Shown here: positions 19,865-29,854 of the stretch, piece by piece
Numbering within the stretch: position 1 is the stretch's first letter
Layout of the letters: every line of letters starts with the position of its first letter
IMG/VR virus record: IMGVR_UViG_3300031132_000234
Location: 4,200 to 68,199 of that record
Strand: one strand, 5' to 3'
From: a virus
Lineage: Duplodnaviria > Caudoviricetes
DNA length: 64,000 bases
Program-made: the position numbers and the translations under genes
Notes under the pieces: generated by a model
The model's database searches: none
What the model was told of the DNA's origin: nothing
What the model saw: the letters and a program-made list of their open reading frames with translations, nothing else

Positions 19865-22265
19865 ATGACCACCAGCCCCACCGCGGCGCACGTCATCGAG
19901 ACCGGCGTCCTCGACGCCGACAGCGCGCTCGCCCTGCTCGAGGAGGTCGTCGCCGAGAAGGGCACGACCTACAACACCGACGACGGCGTCTACTTCCAGA
20001 GCTTCGCCTCGCACGAGCACGCCGCCACCCCCGTCGACCTCATCGGGCACGTCTTCGACAAGCTCGGCAAGACGGCGCACGACCTGTCGGACATCGACGA
20101 CCCGCACGCTTCACCGGAGAGCATCAACAACTGCTGGATCTCGTCCATCGGCATCGACGGCATCGAGATCACCGACGAGGCGCGCACGATGCTCTACGAG
20201 GCGCAGACCTCGGAGACCGGCGGCAGGAACTGGGGCGGTCAGCTCGAAGCGGCGCAGTTCGCCCACGCCAACCGCCGCGGCTTCGCGATCCTGGCAGCCG
20301 CCGCGTGAGAGCGGTCGACCCGGGCATCGGCGACCGTGTGGTCATCCAGCCGGTCGGCCCCTTTGCCAGGCTCAGTCGGTCGGCGCGGACGGGCGAGGTG
20401 GACGCGCTCGACCTCGCCAACGACCGCGCGCGAGTGCTGCTCGACCGCCGCCAGGTCGCCGTCCCGTACGCCGCGCTGCGAGTCGCGACCGACGACCCCG
20501 ACGAAGACCTGTGGCGCCGGTACCGGGACGGGCTGGTCTCCACTGGCCTCTCCTTCAACGGCATCAGCAAGCGCGACTTCATGGCCGGCCTCGCGGCCGC
20601 CGCCTGACCGAAAGGACTCCCATGAACAAGGACCTCCAGCCCCTCCACCGAGTGCACCTCGCGGCCGTCACCACGGCCGACCTGGAGTGGCGCGAGACGA
20701 AGCGCACTGCGAAGGCGCGCGCCCTGCTCCGCGCCGAGCAGGAGATCGCCGACGCCCTCAAGGCGCGGGACCGCACGGTCCGCGCCGCGGTCGACGCCGG
20801 TCTGCCGCTGGTCGAGCTGCGCCGGAAGCACCAGGGCCTGCACACGAGCAACCAGAGCACGGTGCTCGACTCGCTCCGCCGCACGGAGGCGGACATGCTG
20901 GGGCTCGCCGCATGAGCGGGAAGTTCGCCCCAGCCGACGAGTCCGGCAGGAAGCCGTACTACGTCGAGAAGAGGTCCTGGGCAGGCCGCCGCTCCTGGGT
21001 GAGCATCGGCTGGGGCCGGACAGTGTCGGACGCCAAGTACGACGCATGGGGTCGACTGGGGCCGTACGACAGCATCATCGTCTGCCGCCGCGCCACCCAC
21101 GAGGACATGGAGAAGTACGCGCGATGACCACGGACGACCTCAGACCCGGGCACTACGTCGAGCTCGACCACCAGACCCGCGTCATCCGCCGCATCATCCC
21201 GCACCCCGCCGGCCGAGCAGCCGAGTGGGTCGGGGGAGGGGCCACCACCCTCCGCCGCATCGCATCCGAGGGCCGCGTCATCCCGACGCCGCTCCGCAAC
21301 CCAGACGCCCGACTCCAGCTAGCCGACTAAGGAGGCACCCGTGAGCATCACCGCCCTGCACCCCGAGATGCAGACCGACGAGGACGAGGCCGTTCTCGCG
21401 GTCTCCGAGTTCAACTCCTCGGTCGGCTACTTCGGCTACGACGCCGACCTGACGACCGACCACCGCGGCATCCGCGAGATCGTCGTCCGCTACGACGGCG
21501 ACACCCTGTCCGTCTTCACCGAGGACGACACCGACTGGCTGGAAGACCTCGCGTCCTACGGCTACAAGCTCGAGAACGGAGCCATGGCCGCATGAGCGTG
21601 CAGGTCCACATCGACATCGCCAGCGGCAGCGCCCACCGGCACCTCTCGATCGAACGGCAGAGCGAACCACGCTTCGACGAGGACGGGCGCCGTGACCCGA
21701 CGGACATCGGCGAGTACGCCGTCATCCTCGGCGGCCACCACGGGCAGAGCGCCCCGATCGCCACCTTCCACCACCGCTACAGCGAGGATGTCCTCTCGCT
21801 CATCACCAGCGCCATCGCGGCGCTCCGCAACGCAGGAGTCGAGCGAGCATGACCGACAAGACCATCAGCTACAACGAGTTCGACGAGATCGACCAGCCCG
21901 GGAAGCGCAGAGACTACGGCTTCACCGACACCCCGACCGACCTCGACGCCTGGCCGCCGCAGGTCACGGCCGACGGCGCGATGTACGGCCTCGGCTGGTC
22001 GACGAACATGCGAGCACGCATGGCCAACAACGACACCCACCCCGACGACCTCGCGCTCGTCGACGGCGGCATCGAGTGGGTGCCGGTCGACCCGGACCAC
22101 ACCGAGCCGACCGCCGCCGCGCAGGAGCAGCTCCGAGGGCGGCGCGGCCGCTACGCCGACATGGCCCGCTTCGCCGTGCACTACAACAAGCGCGCCGAGC
22201 AGATGGCCGGCCGCCCCGGCTACCTCTTCCACCCCGTCCCGCTCGTCACCGAAGGAGCTCGCTGA
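19865..22265 (+). CDS. Cluster of about eight small early hypothetical ORFs including 20622-20915
   Basis: Coupled ORFs with RBS; no family recognised except the paralogy noted. Confidence 0.6.
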
Positions 22266-22268
22266 CCC

Positions 22269-23783
22269 ATGGACCGCCTCACGCCCCGCGACGCGCAGAT
22301 CGAGCGCATCGAGGCCTTCCTCAACGAGCCGACGAAGGCTGCCCTGCTCGCTGACGAGATGGGCGTGGGCAAGACCCTCGTGGCGGTCGAGATCGCGCTG
22401 CGCTTCAAGCGCACGCTGACCATCGGCGTGAAGGACACGTACGCGCAGTTCGCCGAGCTCTTCGAGGCGCAGTCCGAAGGCACGCAGCAGCTGCGCCGCC
22501 TCCAGTCCGAGACGAAGGCGGGCCGCGAGGCCATGGCCGACATGCTCGCCGGGAAGCCCGGGCACTACTTCGCCGGGTCGCAGTTCCTCGTCGCGCAGGA
22601 CTGGCAGTCGGACCGCGTGCTCGACTCGGAGACCGGGCGCACCGTGTGGAAGACCCTCAAGAAGACCGGCGCCGTGGTCACCCGCAAGGCGAAGTCGGGC
22701 GAGATCGGCCCCCGCGTGCTCCCGGTCGCGGAGACCGTGTCGACGCAGCGCAACATCTTCCGCAAGATGAAGCCGCTCGACGCCGTCCTGTTCGACGAGG
22801 TGCACGTCATCCAGAACCGGAAGTCCGCGGGCTCGAAGACGATCAAGACCATCAAGACCGAGTACAAGCTCGCGCTCTCCGGCACCTTCTACGGGAACAC
22901 GTTCACCGGCGCATGGGCGGTCTGCCGGTGGCTCTGGCCCACCCTCGTCGACGGCTCCTACTGGCACTGGGTGAAGGAGTGGTGCACGAGCGAGGAGGTC
23001 TACGTCGCGAAGGACGAGACGCGCACCGTCTACGGCAACGAGAAGGAGCCGGGCGAGTTCGTGAAGACCCTCCCGCTGTACTTCCGCGCCGAGGCAGAGC
23101 CGCTGCCGCCGTCGATTGATATCTACGTCGACCTCACGCCGAAGCAGCGCGAGCAGTACCGGGACCTCGAAGAGGACATGATGCTGTGGGTCGGCGAGAA
23201 CCCGCTCGTCGTCGACCTGCCGGCGACCCTCCGCCAGCGCCTCCGCACCGCGGCGCTCGGAGAGATGAACGTCACTGAGGACGGCGAGGTGTTCTTCGAC
23301 CTCGACTGCGAGTCGGCGAAGCTGCGCGCCATGCACGGCGTCCTCAACACGTACTGGGGCGGCAAGGAGCAGGCCATCATCGGCATGCAGTCCAAGCGGT
23401 TCGCCTACGTCACCGCCGAGCGCATGCGCCGCGCGGGGGAGCGCGTCGCACTCTGGACCGGCGACACCAGCAGCACCCAGCGCGACGAGATCAAGCGGGC
23501 GTTCCTCGCTGGCGAGATCCAGTACATCGTCGCGACGATCAAGTCCATGAGCACCGGCCTCGACGGCTTCCAGAGGGTCTGCTCGAAGATGGTCTGGCTC
23601 GAAGAGCTCGACGGCGATGAGGCAGTGAACGCACAGTTTGTCCGCCGCCTCTTCCGCCCGGGCCGCGTCGGCCACTTCGAGTCGGTGAAGATCCTCGCGA
23701 AGGACACGAAGGACACCGGCGTCTACGGCGCCAACCTGGCCCGTGCCCTCGCGAATCGGGCCACCATGGCCCTTGCGGCGTAG
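22269..23783 (+). CDS. SNF2/DEAD-like helicase
   Basis: LLADEMGVGKT Walker A, FDEVH, LSGT, STGLDGFQ, RRLFRPG. Confidence 0.92.
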   Translation: MDRLTPRDAQIERIEAFLNEPTKAALLADEMGVGKTLVAVEIALRFKRTLTIGVKDTYAQFAELFEAQSEGTQQLRRLQSETKAGREAMADMLAGKPGHYFAGSQFLVAQDWQSDRVLDSETGRTVWKTLKKTGAVVTRKAKSGEIGPRVLPVAETVSTQRNIFRKMKPLDAVLFDEVHVIQNRKSAGSKTIKTIKTEYKLALSGTFYGNTFTGAWAVCRWLWPTLVDGSYWHWVKEWCTSEEVYVAKDETRTVYGNEKEPGEFVKTLPLYFRAEAEPLPPSIDIYVDLTPKQREQYRDLEEDMMLWVGENPLVVDLPATLRQRLRTAALGEMNVTEDGEVFFDLDCESAKLRAMHGVLNTYWGGKEQAIIGMQSKRFAYVTAERMRRAGERVALWTGDTSSTQRDEIKRAFLAGEIQYIVATIKSMSTGLDGFQRVCSKMVWLEELDGDEAVNAQFVRRLFRPGRVGHFESVKILAKDTKDTGVYGANLARALANRATMALAA

Positions 23784-23800
23784 TCCGCAATCTGACACAC

Positions 23801-23812
23801 TTAGTCGACTAA
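23801..23812. promoter_or_regulatory. Perfect palindrome TTAGTCGACTAA
   Basis: Intergenic copy of the genome-wide motif. Confidence 0.75.
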
Positions 23813-23836
23813 TCAGTCGCAAGCATTGGAGGATGC

Positions 23837-24652
23837 ATGACCGACACCACCGCACGCGCCGAGAGGCAGAGCGTGCTCCACGACGTTGCCGAGTTCCACC
23901 GGGCCTTCGAGCACCCCATCCACACCACTCCCCAGCACTTCGTCCCCACCGACCTCGTCAACCTGCGGATCGACCTGCTCCGCGAGGAGTTCCAGGAGTA
24001 CCTGAAGGCCGCGCGCGACGAAGATGTCGTGGAGATCGCCGACGCCCTCGCGGACATGCAGTACATCATCAACGGCACCGCGCTGGTCTACGGCATCGAC
24101 CTCAACGCCGTCCACGCCGAGGTGCACCGCTCGAACATGAGCAAGCTCGGCCCGAACGGTCAGGTCGTCCGCCGCGCGGACGGGAAGGTCCTCAAGCCGG
24201 CGACGTACGAGCCGCCGATGATCGTCGTCGTGCTCGAGGAGCAGGACGGGACGCACCTCCAGCCGGAGGAGCGGGCCATCGAGGTCCGCCGGCACGACTA
24301 CGACACGAACAGCTTCTCGGCCGCTTCGCCCTACTGCGCGGCCATGGTCGAGCGCGGCGGCGGTGGCGACCAGTGCGGCTTGCTGCGCGACGACCCGGCG
24401 CACCTTCCACTCACGGCTGTCGTGCAGACCCTCGACGGCGTTCAGCACATCGGCGTCCTGCCGGTCGACGCTGCTACCGCTCGCAACTCCGACGAGCGAC
24501 CGAAGCGCAACACTCTCGACGACCGGCTCCGGGCGCTCGAGACGATCCTCGCATTTCCCAACGGACGCATCGACGACCTGAATCGCGAGAGTGCGCAACA
24601 GGTCATCATCGAGGCACGCAACGCGCTCAAGAAGCAGGTGGCCGCGTGGTGA
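23837..24652 (+). CDS. MazG-like/PRA-PH nucleotide pyrophosphohydrolase with C-terminal extension
   Basis: EEFQE...EIADALAD...EVHRSNMSK...GKVLKP signature. Confidence 0.88.
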   Translation: MTDTTARAERQSVLHDVAEFHRAFEHPIHTTPQHFVPTDLVNLRIDLLREEFQEYLKAARDEDVVEIADALADMQYIINGTALVYGIDLNAVHAEVHRSNMSKLGPNGQVVRRADGKVLKPATYEPPMIVVVLEEQDGTHLQPEERAIEVRRHDYDTNSFSAASPYCAAMVERGGGGDQCGLLRDDPAHLPLTAVVQTLDGVQHIGVLPVDAATARNSDERPKRNTLDDRLRALETILAFPNGRIDDLNRESAQQVIIEARNALKKQVAAW

Positions 24653-25377
24653 CCTACCCCATCCAGGCCATCGGCGAGCTCCAGCAGATCGCCGTCTTCG
24701 ACACCGAGACCACCGGCATCGACCTCGAGAACGACCGCATCCTCACCGCGTTCGTCGGCCTCATGGGCCGCGACGGCGCGCTCACCGAGCGCTGGGAGTG
24801 GCTGCTCGACCCGGAGATGGAGATCCCCGAGGCCGCGGCCGCCGTGCACGGCGTCACCACCGAGCGCGCCCGTGCCGAGGGCACTGACTGGCGAACCGGC
24901 ATCAGCGAGATCCAGCTGCTCATCGGCAACCTGCTCGAGGCTGGCATCCCGGTCGTCGCCTACAACGCGCGCTTCGACTTCACCGTGCTCGATCGCAACG
25001 CCCGCGCCGCTGGCTTCCCGTCGCTCGACGCCCCCGCGCCGGTCTTCGACCCGTACGTCACCGACAAGGCCGTCCAGAAGTTCCGCAAGGGCAAGCGCAC
25101 GCTCACCGACACGTGCCGCGTCTACGGCGTCACGCTCGACAACGCGCACGAGGCCGAGGCAGACGCCGTGGCCGCCGGCCGACTGATGTGGAAGCTGATC
25201 GAGGGCATGCGCCCGCACTGGACCACCGAGTCGATGCACGGCACCACCCGCCAGCGCGCCGCCGAGCAGGCGCAGTCGCTCCAGGCCTACTTCGACCGGA
25301 CGAAGCCGACCGAGAACATCGTGGTGCACGCGGCCTGGCCCGTCGTGCCCGTCGTCGAGGAGGCGGTCGCAGCATGA
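24649..25377 (+). CDS. DnaQ-like 3'-5' exonuclease
   Basis: FDTETTG, YNARFD, HEAEADA DEDDh motifs. Confidence 0.92.
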   Translation: MTYPIQAIGELQQIAVFDTETTGIDLENDRILTAFVGLMGRDGALTERWEWLLDPEMEIPEAAAAVHGVTTERARAEGTDWRTGISEIQLLIGNLLEAGIPVVAYNARFDFTVLDRNARAAGFPSLDAPAPVFDPYVTDKAVQKFRKGKRTLTDTCRVYGVTLDNAHEAEADAVAAGRLMWKLIEGMRPHWTTESMHGTTRQRAAEQAQSLQAYFDRTKPTENIVVHAAWPVVPVVEEAVAA

Positions 25378-26267
25378 CCGGCAGCATCGTTCTCACCCGC
25401 GGGATCCCCGCCTCCGGCAAGTCCACCTGGGCCAAGCAGTGGGTCGCCGAAGACCCGGCGAACCGTGTCAGGCTCAATCGCGACGACCTCCGCACGATGA
25501 TCGGCGCCACCGACTTCGACTTCGCCACCGAGAAGCTCGTGACGCACCTCCAGCACGAGGGCGCGCGCCAGGCGCTCAAGGCTGGGAAGTCCGTCGTCAT
25601 CGACGACACCAACCTCCGCGCGAAGTACGTCCGCGCCTGGTTCGCCATCGGCCCCGTCGAGTTCCGCGACTTCCCGATCGACCTCGAGCTCGCCATCGTC
25701 CGCGACAAGAAGCGCGTCAAGGGCGTCGGCGAGAGCGTCATCCGCGGCTTCCACCAGAAGTTCATCACCCCGAACAAGGGCAGCCTGCCGCCGATCCCGG
25801 AGCAGGAGGCCACGCCCGCTGTCGAGCCGTACGTGCCGAACACCGACCTGCCGGTCGCCATCATCGTCGACACCGACGGAACGGTCGCCCGCATGGACGG
25901 CCGCAGCCCGTACGACTACACCCAGGTGCACACCGACCTGCCCGTAGCGGATGTCGTCGCGCTCGTGCGCTACCTCGCGGCCGACCACCAGGTCATCGGC
26001 GTCTCCGGCCGCCCCGAGGACGAGGCCGGGAAGGACACGCTCGCCTGGTGGCAGCGGCACGGCATCCCGTTCGACGAGTTCTACTTCCGGCCCGCGGACC
26101 GCAAGGACGTGCGCGACGACATCATCAAGCGCGACATCTTCGACGAGCACATCCGGCACAACTACAACGTGGTCGGCGTCTTCGACGACCGGCTCCGCGT
26201 CGTCCGGATGTGGCACGCGCTCGGACTCACCACCTACCGCGTCGGCGACCCCGACGCCGACTTCTGA
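25374..26267 (+). CDS. Polynucleotide kinase/3'-phosphatase (T4 Pnkp-like)
   Basis: GIPASGKST P-loop, NRDDLR, HAD motif DTDGT, FDDR. Confidence 0.92.
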   Translation: MTGSIVLTRGIPASGKSTWAKQWVAEDPANRVRLNRDDLRTMIGATDFDFATEKLVTHLQHEGARQALKAGKSVVIDDTNLRAKYVRAWFAIGPVEFRDFPIDLELAIVRDKKRVKGVGESVIRGFHQKFITPNKGSLPPIPEQEATPAVEPYVPNTDLPVAIIVDTDGTVARMDGRSPYDYTQVHTDLPVADVVALVRYLAADHQVIGVSGRPEDEAGKDTLAWWQRHGIPFDEFYFRPADRKDVRDDIIKRDIFDEHIRHNYNVVGVFDDRLRVVRMWHALGLTTYRVGDPDADF

Positions 26268-26279
26268 GAGGCAGGCACC

Positions 26280-27353
26280 ATGAAGCTCGACCAGATCATC
26301 GACCTCGCCGACCTCCAGCAGGAGCTCCAGGCGGGCTACGTGACCGAGAGGAAGCACCCGGAGTTCCCGGAGCTGTCGATCCTCAACTACACCGACCGCG
26401 CCCAGTTCGACCAGCACTGGACCCCGGTTACCCGCCGCACCCGCGGCCTCATCGTGAACAACATGACGAACGAGATCCTCGCGCTCCCGTTCGCCAAGTT
26501 CTTCAACTACGGCCAGGGCGACGCGCAGTACAACCTCGACGCTCCGATCGTCGGGGCCTTCGACAAGCTCGACGGCTCCCTCGGCGTCGGCTACCGGGCA
26601 CCCGATGGCAGCTACCGCATCGCCACTCGCGGCTCCTTCGACTCGGAGCAGGCTCGGCACGCGAACGCCTGGCTCGCCGCGAACCCGCAGTCCAAGGCGG
26701 CGGCCCTCCTGTCCGATGCCATCGGAGCCGTCACAACGCCCCTCTTCGAGATCATCTACCCGGACAACCGCATCGTGGTCGACTACCAGGGCCGCGACGA
26801 GGTCGTCTTCCTCGGGCACGTCGATCGCCTCCCGATGTTCTACGGCCAGTTCTACCCAGAGCTCGAGCTGGCCCACGAGTCGGACCCGCTCACCCTCCGT
26901 GAGGTGCTGGCCCTCCCGCCGCGGGACAACGCCGAGGGCTGGGTCGTCTGGCTCGACCGGACCACCGCCGTGAAGATCAAGTACGAGAAGTACGTCGATC
27001 TCCACCGGGCGATCTCGAACATGACGCCGAAGGAGGCGTGGCGCCAGCTCCGCGCCGGTACCTTCGATGAGTTCGCCGAGGCCCTGCCCGACGAGTTCCA
27101 CGACTGGGCGAAGGGCGTCGAGCAGGAGCTCATGGACGAGTTCGAGGCCGCATGGGGCGAGGCGTCCAGCCGAACTCACGAGCTCCGCCTGTTCCACAAC
27201 GAAGTCGTCGGTGGCCGTCCGCGGCGCGAGCTGGCCGAGTGGGTCAAGCGGGAGGTGCGCCCCGAGGCGCGCGGCCTCGTCTTCGGCATGCTCGACGGCA
27301 AGGACATGTCCGACTCGATCTGGCGCATGCTCGAGCCCAAGGCCGCGGCGTGA
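26280..27353 (+). CDS. RNA ligase (T4 Rnl1-like)
   Basis: CRG-like TRGLI, PFAKFFNY, DKLDGSLG, FEIIYPDNRIVVDY, EGWV, KIKYEKY. Confidence 0.92.
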   Translation: MKLDQIIDLADLQQELQAGYVTERKHPEFPELSILNYTDRAQFDQHWTPVTRRTRGLIVNNMTNEILALPFAKFFNYGQGDAQYNLDAPIVGAFDKLDGSLGVGYRAPDGSYRIATRGSFDSEQARHANAWLAANPQSKAAALLSDAIGAVTTPLFEIIYPDNRIVVDYQGRDEVVFLGHVDRLPMFYGQFYPELELAHESDPLTLREVLALPPRDNAEGWVVWLDRTTAVKIKYEKYVDLHRAISNMTPKEAWRQLRAGTFDEFAEALPDEFHDWAKGVEQELMDEFEAAWGEASSRTHELRLFHNEVVGGRPRRELAEWVKREVRPEARGLVFGMLDGKDMSDSIWRMLEPKAAA

Positions 27354-27492
27354 TCGTCGCAGCCTGCGAGCAGTGCCACACCCTGCTCGGCACGTTCCCC
27401 TCCGCCTCCGCAGCCCTCGTTGCTTGGGAGGAGCACGACGTGGACTGCCCCAGGAGACGAACCACCACCCGACTGACCGAAGGAGCAACAGC

Positions 27493-27753
27493 ATGACCAT
27501 CGACGACCAGCTGCGCGCCGCCACCGAGTACGAGACCTGGAAGCTCGGCCGCATCCAGGAGGGCGGCGAGTTCTCGATCGACGAGTACGAGCGCCACCTT
27601 CGGGCCCAGCGGGCAGGGGACCGGATCGACCGCATCAGCGAAGTCGTCAGCCCGGTCATCGAGGCCGGTTCCGAGGGCGTGACGAAGGACGAGCTGTGGA
27701 AGCTGCTGCGCCGAATCGAACGACTGTCCGACACCAAGGAGGAGACCGAGTGA
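27493..27753 (+). CDS. Hypothetical protein
   Basis: AAGGAG RBS; coupled to next gene. Confidence 0.55.
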   Translation: MTIDDQLRAATEYETWKLGRIQEGGEFSIDEYERHLRAQRAGDRIDRISEVVSPVIEAGSEGVTKDELWKLLRRIERLSDTKEETE

Positions 27754-28349
27754 GCACCATCACCCTCGACCAGCCGGCCGCAGCGCCGGAGGTCACCGCC
27801 GCCCCGCCCGTGCGCGAGCGCAGGAAGCCGGGCCGCAAGACCAACGCCGAGCGCGAGCAGCGCGCCCTCGAGCGCCAGCGCCTCGCCGAACTGCGCGAGC
27901 AGGAGTCGAAGCGCGCGAAGCGGATCCAGCCGGACACCCGGCTCTCCCTCGTCGTCGCGCTGTCGATCGCAGGCGTCGCCCTGGTGACCTCGTTCACCAT
28001 CTCGTACGCGAACATCGCGGGCACCGCCGAGTGGATGAAGCTCTCCTGGCACCCGCTCGTCTACATCGTGCCCGGATTCATCGAGCTCCTCATGGTGTTC
28101 TCGACCCTCGACTACATCATCAGCCGGAGCCGCGGCGAGTCCGGGCGCCCGGCCCTCGGCGCGATGGTCGTTCTGTCGGCTATCGCCGTCCTCGGCGGCG
28201 CCGCACACACGATCGCCGGGTGGGGGAGCGCCTTCGCGGTCACGAACTGGGAGGCCATGGTCGGCACCATCCTGTCGGCGGCCGCGCCCCTCGTCGTCGT
28301 GTTCGTCTCGAAGCGGCTGTCCGCCCTCGTGTTCGAGGTGGCCGAGTAG
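27750..28349 (+). CDS. DUF2637-like four-TM membrane protein
   Basis: SFTISY, four hydrophobic helices and AAPL motif after a charged N-terminus. Confidence 0.65.
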   Translation: MSTITLDQPAAAPEVTAAPPVRERRKPGRKTNAEREQRALERQRLAELREQESKRAKRIQPDTRLSLVVALSIAGVALVTSFTISYANIAGTAEWMKLSWHPLVYIVPGFIELLMVFSTLDYIISRSRGESGRPALGAMVVLSAIAVLGGAAHTIAGWGSAFAVTNWEAMVGTILSAAAPLVVVFVSKRLSALVFEVAE

Positions 28350-28663
28350 TGGCGGCCTCGGACTTCCGCGAGTTCAGAGCGGGCTCGAAGCCCCAGCGGC
28401 TCGCTGACGAGTTCAACCACGTGCTCGACGACGCCCTCGCCGACAACTGGGCGGACCAGATCAACTGCCACGAGTACCCCGAGCGCTACGTCGACTACCA
28501 GGTCACGCCGTCGAAGGAGCGGGCGGAGTGGCTGTGCGAAGGCTGCCCCGTGAAGGCGCTCTGCAAGGACTACGCCCGAGCCACGAAGCCGGGCTGGGGA
28601 GTCTGGGGCGGCGAGCGGTGGAAGTACGGCAAGCGGGTTGTCGACACGCCCGACAAGAATTAG
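28349..28663 (+). CDS. whiB: WhiB-family transcription factor
   Basis: C...C.GCPVKALC and GVWGG signature. Confidence 0.9.
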   Translation: MAASDFREFRAGSKPQRLADEFNHVLDDALADNWADQINCHEYPERYVDYQVTPSKERAEWLCEGCPVKALCKDYARATKPGWGVWGGERWKYGKRVVDTPDKN

Positions 28664-28836
28664 TTGACTAAAAGCTTGACCGAGTTGGCTAAATTGTGGT
28701 TACCTTCTCTTGTCGCCGAAAGGCGGCAGGAAGGAGGCCAGACCAAGCATGTGGCACTGGAAGAGAAGAGCCGGAAGCGGGGAGCGCCCCGCACAGCCGA
28801 CCATCACGAACCGCACCAACTGAGGAGGCAACTCGC

Positions 28837-29814
28837 ATGACCCGCACCGACGAGGAGATTCGCCACCTGGCAATCAGCCTCCTCAAGCTCCCGACCGCTC
28901 GCGACCAGCAGACGCGAGTCGGAGCATCGAACATCTCCAACCAGTGCGACCGCTGCCTGGCCTACAACTTCGCTGGCGATGACCGCAGCACCCCGATCCT
29001 CGACCAGGCCTGGATGGGCCGCGTGCTCGGCACCGCCTTCCACGGCCTCCTCGAGAGCCGCATGCGCGACCTGCTTGGCGAAGGCGACAATCTGGACGAG
29101 CGCCAGCTCGCTGTCGCCCGACGCCACATGGAGCTCATGGTCGGCAGTTTCCCGCAGGCGAAGCCGGAGACGCACGTCTTCTTCGGGCAGCTCGAGAACT
29201 ACGGCGCCGTCGGAGGAACCATCGACCTCGACCTCGGTGAGGACGACGACCAGCTCATCGACTGGAAGGGCTCGGACCGCCAGAAGATCTGCCTGCTCAT
29301 CGACGCCCTCGCCATGCAGCGCGGCCTCGAGCCCGTGTTCGGCCGCAAGCACAAGTACATGGCCCTCTTCGAGCAGGGCAAGGATGGCGTCTTCCGGAAG
29401 GTCGCCGACCAGCTCTCGGAGAAGGAGTACGCCGCCGGCATCGAGAAGATGACCTACAAGGTCACGGGCTACTTCGGCCAGGCGCAGCTCTACATGAAGG
29501 GCGCGGGACGCTCCCGCGCCTCCCTCGTCTTCATCGCCCGCGACGGAACCGGCTACTTCGACAACCCCGAAGCCGGCCGGTACGACGACCCGACCGCGAT
29601 CCACGATGTGCACGTGCTCTCGTTCGACTACGACGAGCACTACGCCGACGCGCTGCTCGCTCGCGCCCAGGCGATCGTGAGCCACCTCCACGAGGGCGGC
29701 GCACCCGCCGACCTCAACTCGCACCCGCTGTGCTTCTCCTGCTCGCAGGAAGCGAAGGACCGGACCTCGATCGTCGAGGTCGAAGTGTCCTACACCGCAC
29801 CGGCCGCCGCTTAG
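28837..29814 (+). CDS. Cas4-like PD-(D/E)XK exonuclease
   Basis: ASNI..C..C, GTAFH, GTIDL, IDWK, QLY, terminal CFSC; not CRISPR-associated. Confidence 0.85.
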   Translation: MTRTDEEIRHLAISLLKLPTARDQQTRVGASNISNQCDRCLAYNFAGDDRSTPILDQAWMGRVLGTAFHGLLESRMRDLLGEGDNLDERQLAVARRHMELMVGSFPQAKPETHVFFGQLENYGAVGGTIDLDLGEDDDQLIDWKGSDRQKICLLIDALAMQRGLEPVFGRKHKYMALFEQGKDGVFRKVADQLSEKEYAAGIEKMTYKVTGYFGQAQLYMKGAGRSRASLVFIARDGTGYFDNPEAGRYDDPTAIHDVHVLSFDYDEHYADALLARAQAIVSHLHEGGAPADLNSHPLCFSCSQEAKDRTSIVEVEVSYTAPAAA

Positions 29815-29854
29815 CCGCGATAGTCGACTAAACTCACTCAACTAGGAGGACCAC

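Noticed and set aside
25287-28208. 973-aa minus-strand ORF and similar long antisense ORFs (393-1745, 7252-8700, 21777-23855, 29834-31858, 45954-48791)
   Set aside because: High-GC shadow frames opposite genes with clear motifs
28837-29814. CRISPR-Cas locus implied by the Cas4-like gene
   Set aside because: No repeat-spacer array or other cas genes seen; phage recombination context
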